DNA of 64,000 nucleotides from Eledone cirrhosa. Lineage: Eukaryota. Below, one piece after another: positions 55,748 through 64,000 of the stretch. The translations under genes and the position numbers were made by a program. Location of the stretch: contig OZ024745.1 of the NCBI GenBank assembly GCA_964016885.1, positions 57,908,001 through 57,972,000 on the forward strand, written 5' to 3'. Each line of letters starts with the position of its first letter. Positions within the stretch are counted from its first letter, which is position 1. The notes below the pieces were generated by a model, which was not told the DNA's origin, did no database searches, and saw only the letters and a list, made by a program, of their open reading frames with translations.

Positions 55748-57149
55748 GCATATTATTCAATCAACAAGGAAACACATATTTGATAGGTATACGAGATTTT
55801 TCAAAAAAGTAACAGGACTTAGCCTGGTGTGTGAAACATAATTGGGTTGGGGATTAGAAGGTTGAGTATTTTACCCTTTAAATCAGAGGTTGATAATTGA
55901 CCCTCTAAATCACTCGCATAGAATGCGGCTCACCATACGGCAGGCCGCACTGTTAGAATAATTAGAATATTCAAGGCAAATTTCAAATTAGGGGTGCCAT
56001 TCAGAAAGCCAAATTGTTTGCCCTAAATGTTCTAAATATAGGTTTTAAATTAATATTAATATGTGACACATGCCCCCGCGTAAACGCTTTGAAACCAAAC
56101 AAGCAAACACATGCAATTGCTTGTTTACTCTAAATCCTAATACATCTTGTAATGTTGTTCAATGAATATTGGACCCTCTTGCTATCAGTGTTCGACGCTA
56201 AAAACTGATATGTAACCATTTGAATAATGGTTGGTTGCACTGTGAAACTAGCTGTCAGTACAATTTTCTATTAAAACCACTTTTCTTGAATGTGTAGTAC
56301 ATTTTTTACTCTAGACGACAACCACAAACGCCGTGGTAGGATTAATAACACAGACACACAAACAACGTGACTGGTTCCCTCTTTTTATCATATCACACTG
56401 ACGACTGGCTTGTTATTATATGATTTAGATTAATCTTAGTTTTGGCTAGTGCTATGTAAATATTTTTTTTATAAATAGAAAAATCAATAATTTTCAGAGA
56501 TATAAAAGAATATTACATAATGTTTTCTGTTTCTCTTTTTATATACGAAGCAGAGATAAGACTGAATCAGCAAATGTGTCATGAGTCACATGAATGTGAA
56601 TATTATAGCATACATAGATCATGAGTCGCGTTTTTAAAAGCTCTGGACTTGAGGAAATATATTAGATGAGATTTATCAATCTACAAAATTAATATTGTGT
56701 TTCAGGATCACATTATTGTACACATACATTTCAAATGTATCTTTTGATTTACATGTTTTATAGCTCACTACATAAATAGTATGTTCCGGGCATGGCGCTG
56801 AGTGAATATTAACTGTGGCTAAATACATACTTGCCCCAACCTAAATATTCATTCACCGCTGTTGTTTACATCACTATATTATGTTTTTTTTATTTACATT
56901 TCTTATAATGGAGTTATGTTGATACAACTAGTCTTAATGACAAATATGTTCCTCTTCAAATTTCACAAGCATCATATGGCATTGCTTTCTCCACTCAGTC
57001 CTATAATTGGCAACATTTTACCAGCTGTTAATATTCATATTCAGGCGGTTTAAATTCTGCCTAAGCTTGGAAATAGGGTCTTTAATGTGAAGTAGATGTC
57101 AGCTTGGTTTTCTACGAAAGCTTTCAAATTGACCAAATAAGCATTTGAG

Positions 57150-57850
57150 GGAATTATTCACTCATTAATTCTCAAAGCATGGCCCACACCATATCATCTG
57201 AAATTAGACCAAGAATGTTTCTATTCCAGAAGTATTGCATTGCGAAAGCACTTAACTATTTTTCACACAATTATCCCATTTTACACCACAGATATGTCTT
57301 AGACACCTCATACAGAGACTTCACATTTGATTTATGTGTCGAAGCAAAGGCCCGAGTTAGTCTGACATCACTTTTATCATGGCTGTGCATCATGCCATAG
57401 TAGAGCATTGCCCATGACCTGATCTAGAGTGCCTCCAAGTGGTTTTATATTTATTAACCTGTTCAAACAAGGTATTTGTTATACAGAGACCAAACACACT
57501 GCACAAGGTGAGTAAAAGAAGTTCATTTGAATTGGTGTTACTTATGCTATGTTTGTTTAAAGAATTTTACCAGTTAAGATGATCGCCAGCATTTAAACCA
57601 CCCAGGAGTATGAACTTGTCATATCTCCGCATATGATTTAATGTTTCACGAAGATCAGAGTAAAACTTATTTTACTTGTCTGTTTGGGGCATAGCAGGTA
57701 ATCAAGATAGCATGCTTATTTTTACTATTTGGAAGTCGTAAATTGATAAGATGCTCATTTATGCCCGTTGGCAATGATTCAAGTTGGTTTACAATGCCAG
57801 TTATGATGACAAAGGCCACTCCAAATTCTCGTTTTTCAGTTTCGGTTTTG
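57150..57850 (-). mobile_element. Decayed RTE-BovB-like LINE
   Basis: Reverse complement encodes REFGVAFVI..LESLPTGINEHLINLRLP..ILITCYAP (APE domain), with an SDDMV-like remnant near 57200. Confidence 0.65.
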
Positions 57851-57981
57851 CATATTCAAACGAATATGTTAAACACAACGCATTGTTATATCACAAATGT
57901 AGTAATATAACAATGACTGTTATACAACAATAATAGTATCCGTTTCATAACTATATTACATATCAAGAATCTTGCAAAACA

Positions 57982-58057
<76 letters not shown>

Positions 58058-59027
58058 AAGTGTTAAAACGATCAAATTTTAGTTTAGAGCATTTATTTGT
58101 TGACAAATGTTTCTTCCAGAGGGAAGTCTGGAATCATCGGAGCATAAGGAATGTTGAAACATGTAACTAAAATCCTAGTCATATAGAATATTTAAGGAAC
58201 ATAATTGTTATTAGTATCAAAGGCATCATGTCGAGAGTCAGGAGTTAAAAAGATATTCTGCTTGAAAGAATACAATTACAGGCAGCACTGGTTGGAAGTG
58301 TAATAGGTATAAGTAAAAAGCACAAGCAAAATCTATATATATATATTTATTAAAATAACAGATTAAAGAATCGCTACTTTCACCCTTAACGGGATCATCT
58401 GAAACTAAAAAAATGAATCTGTGAACGCAGAAGTAAATATTTCGAAAAACGTTGCAACCGAAGGAAGACATGAAAAAAACGAAGATAATACGTCATTATT
58501 TGGAGCGGTGAAAACAATTACACGCAAAGACAAAACCACGTTTATGGTATAAATGAAGTTGTAGACTAATATTCGATTAGGTGGATCGTGGAGACGTTCT
58601 CTGTCAAGGAACGAAAGAAACAAAGAAACGTCTTTATGTGGACCAATGAGAACAATTACACGCAAAGATAAAACCACATTTATGGTATAACTGAAGTCGT
58701 AGACTAAAATTCTATTTAGGAAACTGAATGATTCTCGGCTTCAGAGTTAAGAATAATGTAAATAAATTACAGAGGGAATTAAAATCAACAAAAATTAAAT
58801 ATATACATGCGCGCATCCATATACGTACATACACATGCATACGCGAAAACACCCGCCATGGGTCTGAAAATACAAGCACGTACACAAACAAACACGCACG
58901 CACGTATAGAACCCACGCAACGCCTTTACCCACACACATACGAACGTATGCACCAAATACACATAAAAATATATATAAAATATATACGATATTAAACAAA
59001 TGGAAACTATATTTATAAAACCATATT

Positions 59028-59093
59028 TATTTCATTATACATATTTCAGGGATACCATATTAAAAATATGGTATGCCTTCGTCAGATAAAATA
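59028..59093 (-). ncRNA. Type I hammerhead ribozyme (family J)
   Basis: Reverse complement reads TATTTTAT-CTGACGA-AGG c ATACCATAT tttta ATATGGTAT c CCT-GAAA-TATGTA-TA^ATGAAATA. Stem I is 8 bp and stem II is 12 bp. Confidence 0.82.
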
Positions 59094-60024
59094 CAATATA
59101 TAAACAGTTTTATAAATAATTTTGACGTACCATAAATATAAGCGACCATTAAGATAGGAGGCTGGCTTGGTATTAAAATATATATATATATGTGTGTGTG
59201 TGGGCGTGTTTACATATAATTATATAAACGTATATAAATATACACACATAAATACGTATATAACGCGCGCACACACATACCTACATGTAAATACACATAT
59301 GTTCACTAAACTACGTCAACCAAAACATAAAGTACTCACACCCTACATACGTATGAACCCGCATACTCACACAGACGCAAAACTCACGTATACACATAAC
59401 CATATGCACATGTACCAGTATATATAATATAATATATACGCCTATAACATATACAAGAAAATATACGTACGAGAAGGTATACGTACCTTCACAAAACATA
59501 CAGGTAATATATACTTACCTATACAAATAAGTACTGGTATAAACATAACATATACTTAGCTACCACATCAAGACGTAAAATATCCGCGTATAGTTCGTAC
59601 TATCCGTTATGGTATAATGTGGGGATGTAATACAGGAAAGTTTTGTGCAATTCATGTTTACAAGCCGAAATAGAATTTTAGTCTACGACTTCAGTTATAC
59701 CATACACGTGGTTTTGTCTTTGCGTGTAATTGTTCTCATTGGTCCACATAATGACGTATCTTCGTTTTTTTCGTTCCTTGACAGAGACCGTCTCCACGAT
59801 CCACCTAATAGAATATTAGTCTACGACTTCATTTATACCATAAACGTGGTTTTGTCTATGCGTGTAATTGTTTTCATCGGTCCAAATAATGACGTATTAT
59901 CTTCGTTGATTTCAGTTCTTTGCCGGAGAACGTTTGCACTAACCAAAGTATCGTCTTCCTGTCTTCCTTCGGTTGCAACGTTTTTCAAAATATTTACCTC
60001 TGCGTTCACAGATTGATTTTTTTA

Positions 60025-60073
60025 GTTTCAGATGATCCCGTTAAGGGTGAAAGCAGCGATTCTTTGCTTAAAC
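60025..60073 (+). ncRNA. Hammerhead-like motif with variant core (family I)
   Basis: GTTT-CAGATGA-T-CCC gttaa GGG-T-GAAA-GCAG cgattct TTGC-TT^AAAC. The same CAGATGA is in the inverted copy at ~58365-58405. Confidence 0.6.
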
Positions 60074-60180
60074 ATTGATCTGTTATTTAATAAATATTTT
60101 CTCTACGGTTCTTATATATTTGATATATATTTATCCTTATCGATCCCTCTTTGGATTTTAGTCTTCAAATTTATTATTAA

Positions 60181-60277
<97 letters not shown>

Positions 60278-60289
60278 GGAAAAGTTCGA

Positions 60290-60423
60290 ATCTAGCTATC
60301 GAAACGGCCGGAGTTCAGCCGTCGGGTCCTGACTCTTTTCGCATTACCCACTCTACTATCCTAATATCGAGTACTCTGGTGTGTTATGGTCCACCTGGTT
60401 TCTTACCACTCTTTGTTTGTTTG
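60290..60423 (+). mobile_element. Family B element end (diverged), starting at HHR stem II
   Basis: TAGCTATC-GAAA-CGGCC ggagttc AGCCG-TC^GGGTCC...CTTACCAC..-(TA)n. Confidence 0.7.
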
Positions 60424-60432
60424 TATATATAT

Positions 60433-61350
60433 ATAGTGAGCAAAGGCACTGCACGAAGCCAGTCCCACTCTCTTAACCAAGATGATATTTACCAAAAAGA
60501 AGAACAAGTCAACATCATTGGATACCATCAGGGTTGCAGGTGTTATATCAGAGTTTTCCTTCTCCTAGAATTCTGCGTTGACAAAGGCTAAGGGGTCATC
60601 TCTCCCGGTGGTTTTGGATGGCCATTGACTCTGAAGAGCTCCTTTGCCCTTTGATAGGTTTTGTTTTTATTCCTGCAGGATGTCCAAAGTCACCCTCTTC
60701 ACCAAGAATCCTTGGTAGGGTTGCCAGTTTAGTCGCCAACGACCCGAAGATGGGACAGGTTGTACTGGTAACATGTATCCTAGTACAACCTGTCCCATGG
60801 TAGGGTCGTTGGCGACTAAACTGGCAACCTTACCAAGGTTTCTTGGTGAGGAGGGTGACTTTGGACATCCTGCAGGAATAAAAACAAAACCTATCAAAGG
60901 GCAAAGGAACTCTTCAGAGTCAATGGCCAACCAAAATCACCGGGAGAGATGACCCCTTATCCTTTGTCAAGGCAGAATTCTAGGAGAAGGAAAACTCTGA
61001 TATAACACCTGCAACCCTGATGGTATCCAATGATGTTGACTTGTTCTTCTTTTTGGTAAATATCATCTTGGTTAAGAGAGTGGGACTGGCTTTGTGCAAT
61101 GCCTTTGCTCACTATAAAAGCTTTACGGCACAGGCATTGCTTTATATCTAGAGATATCTCTGCACTTGTCGTCACATGGTACCATGGGCCCAGTACTATG
61201 TGTCAATAATTGTCGCAAGTGTAGTGTTTGTACCAGAGTTTTCAAGTCACTGGCTGGACTAAAAAGTCACACTCGTTCAGCGCATCGGTAGGGGTTCTCC
61301 TACATGGATATAAAGTAGTGGCCGTACTCGAAAACGAGTTGGCAGCCACC

Positions 61351-61353
<3 letters not shown>
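60433..61353. mobile_element. Family C (RTE-derived) fold-back: ~570 bp unit on plus (60781-61353) with inverted arm (60433-60780)
   Basis: C2H2 finger CSVCTRVFKSLAGLKSHTRSAHR* at 61220-61291. The 3' end is GGCAGCCACCATG-(TA)n. The 5' part contains GTCGTTGGCGACTAA. Confidence 0.75.
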
Positions 61354-61414
<61 letters not shown>

Positions 61415-61418
<4 letters not shown>

Positions 61419-61905
61419 GGAATAGAATGAAACGAAATTTCATTTCTCACTCTTATTACGGCACTTACTTAAATGTAAGTATGTATGTATGTATACGTAC
61501 ATACATATATGTATACAGACGTACAGCAGTATGTATATATATACATACATGCACACATATATATATATGCACGTATCGGTTTACCGAACATTTATTATAA
61601 TGCTCGGTTTGTTTGTTTGCAAACAAACAAACAGCCCGAATTACGCCTTACAGTGTTTAGTGACAGCTAATAAGCTTGAAACTAGTACATCATTCCTGTG
61701 TCAGTGTTGAATAAAAAGGTGACGTGGATGCCTAAACACTGAACGGCGTAATTCGGGCTGTTTGTTTGTTTACAAACAAACAAACTGAGCATTATAATAA
61801 ATGTTCGGTAAACCGATACGTGCATATATATATATGTGTGCATGTATGTATATATATACATACTGCTGTACGTCTGTATTCATATATGTATGTACGTATA
61901 CATAT
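61415..61905. mobile_element. Family A fold-back; the inverted arm begins at HHR stem II
   Basis: 61415-61662 is followed by an inverted arm starting AGCTAATAAGCTTGAAACTAGTA at ~61666. Confidence 0.8.
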
Positions 61906-63126
61906 ATATATATATATATATATGGGGAATACGTATACATATATATATATATATATGTGTGAATGAAAATGTCAACTGTAACTTGAATTTGACTTAAAGC
62001 CAAATAGTGGAATCAGTTTGCTGTGGCAGTGTAGTAGTTTAAACTATATACCACTTGTTTTTGTCCCTATTATTTAGTTGCTGGTGCTGCATGTCTTCAG
62101 TAGTGACACAAATAATTTAGTGGTGTTGTTGCTATTGTTTACTTGTAGTCTACTTTCAAAGAACACAGCCATAGCCACGACCTGTTCTAACGATGATATC
62201 AAAGTCTTTTTTATTCAGCTGTATTTTCTCTAGGTTCCAATGAAGCGTATTCTTCATTTTTCCGACATCTTGAGTTTCCACATTGATTCGTAGCATGAGA
62301 GGCTATATTACTCATGTTTCTTCCTACTGAAATATATACTAAGTGAAAGAAATACCAACACACCTTGATACTACGTCGAATTCTTAACTTGCCGGAAAAT
62401 TGCCTAATGCTCTTATGCTTCAAATAAGATTTACAGTAACAGAAATAACCATGGAAATATTACAAATATGATTTATTAACATTTTCATTCAACGTTCTTA
62501 AATCACTCTATGTCGCGCTTTGATGCTAAATTTACCATAGGCCGATTAGGAATCGAAACCACATCCCAGTCATTGACCCACACCAAGTATGTCTCATGAA
62601 ACTATAACACATATATAAAGAGATTTTGTAGCGTCTACAGAATTCTAATCTACCAGAGTCTTATATATATCGTTCTCATTCTATAAATATATAGTGCTTT
62701 GCGTTCACAGAAAAATGCCTGCGTATTATAATTTAATTTCTAATAACTACACACTTACGTATCTGCGTTTCACCAACATATAAATAAAGGAACTTAAAGT
62801 TCCATATTTGCACCAAATGAAAGAATAATTGTATTGCATTTGAAAATATAATTGTACACCATCTCAGAAACAGCAATGTACAACATTCAATTATCTATTG
62901 TTTGTTTTATGAAGTAACCAAACATAATCAGCATAAGATAATAAAATATTTCTCTTCAGAATGTATTAGAATTGTTTGACTAGAGGGTAGGTCAAATTTA
63001 TTCGATGTTTACTTATATAGAATAGGTGAATATTTTATTGGAACTATTTCGAATGTAACAAGCAATTTAAATTGACGTTTTATTGACATCATGAAAGTAC
63101 GAATTTTTACACATTCCAGAACACAA

Positions 63127-63127
<1 letters not shown>

Positions 63128-63178
<51 letters not shown>

Positions 63179-63335
63179 TTTTTCTTCTTCTTCTTCTTCT
63201 TCTTCTTCTTCTTCTTCTTCTTCTTCTTCTTCTTCTTCTCCTTCTTCTTCTTCTTCTTCTTCTTCTTCTTCTTCTGCTACTCCTACTACTACTACGACTA
63301 CTACTCCTACTGCTACTACTACTACTACTACTACT
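63128..63335. repeat. Compound (CTA)n/(TTC)n microsatellite
   Basis: Direct reading. Confidence 0.95.
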
Positions 63336-63489
63336 TGAAGACAAGGGCATCTCATAAGGTTACATCTTGGAGAAGATTTCTTCAATATTTTAATAAGAGA
63401 GGAAGGGAAGTCATGTCTTGTCACATGTTTTCTTTTGAAGGGCTGAGGCGGAAGAGCCGGAATCTATGCCACGAATGCTCTAACGAATT

Positions 63490-63635
63490 CACCTTTCCAC
63501 CTTTTTATTTATCAAACCCGAGAGGATGGTGGGCAATGTGGACATTGGCTGGATTTGAATTCAATGCTCTGGGAGTCAAAAACAAACTCCGTCATTATTT
63601 GAAATGAAGCGTTAACGAATCCATCAGTTCCCTGA
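63490..63635 (-). mobile_element. Highly diverged Meta-like SINE
   Basis: TTTTATTTATCAAACCCGAGAGGATG..GGCAATGTGGAC..GGATTTGAA. Confidence 0.45.
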
Positions 63636-64000
63636 TTCAATATTTCGCGAGTTATATAGATTTATGTACAATAGTGACCGGGTCAATCTTTATAGAGTGC
63701 TGACACAACAGATACAGATAAGCCAGCATATTTTTTTCCATCTAGTTTGATAGATTAATATAAGCCAAAAGTAAAAGAAGAGAACATCTAGAAAATGTAC
63801 AGAGAAGTGTGAGAGATCGACGGAAACAAAAAGTGTCAAGCTTGTCACTATATATTAATTTATTTAGACAAGGTCTACAGTCACTTTTGCTAGAGAGAGA
63901 AGTCGAAATCTATGTAAGTGGTGTTCAAAATTATATATTGAAAGGTATTTAATTTCGGTTTTTACTCTCTGTACCAGAATGTCATCTACTTTACACACAC

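Larger units (their letters stand above)
58343..60185. mobile_element. Family I inverted pair (arms ~58343-58716 and ~59671-60100) around a ~950 bp spacer
   Basis: The arms are reverse-complement homologous. Each has an internal ~137 bp tandem duplication and an HHR. (TA)n lies outside. Confidence 0.85.

Noticed and set aside
59671-59910. CRISPR-like or regular repeat-spacer array
   Set aside because: It is only a two-unit ~137 bp tandem duplication with no spacers and no cas genes, in a eukaryotic context.
62170-62423. Possible piggyBac C-terminal remnant (LRIRRSIKVCWYFFHLVYISV, minus strand)
   Set aside because: A single weak motif; no TTAA/TIR ends or catalytic region identified.

Overview
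AT-rich eukaryotic DNA with no host exon that I can support. The tRNA-derived SINE set and the extreme microsatellite density suggest a cephalopod (Octopus-like) genome; this is inference. The window is mostly mobile DNA: Penelope-like retroelements (PLEs, RT plus C-terminal GIY-YIG) of two types, decayed RTE, Tx1/L1 and CR1/Jockey LINE pieces, about a dozen SINEs, and long (TA)n, (GAA)n and (TAG)n tracts. The main hidden signal is a set of about 11 apparently unrelated short element families that each carry a type I hammerhead ribozyme (HHR) or a clear remnant of one, folded by eye. Most sit inside (TA)n tracts, often as trains of several elements. They form fold-back palindromes or 1.2-2x tandem copies. 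Their inversion or truncation points often fall in or next to ribozyme stem II, and several have non-canonical catalytic cores. Family letters (A, B, C...) are my own labels. Coordinates were counted by hand and may be a few bases off.
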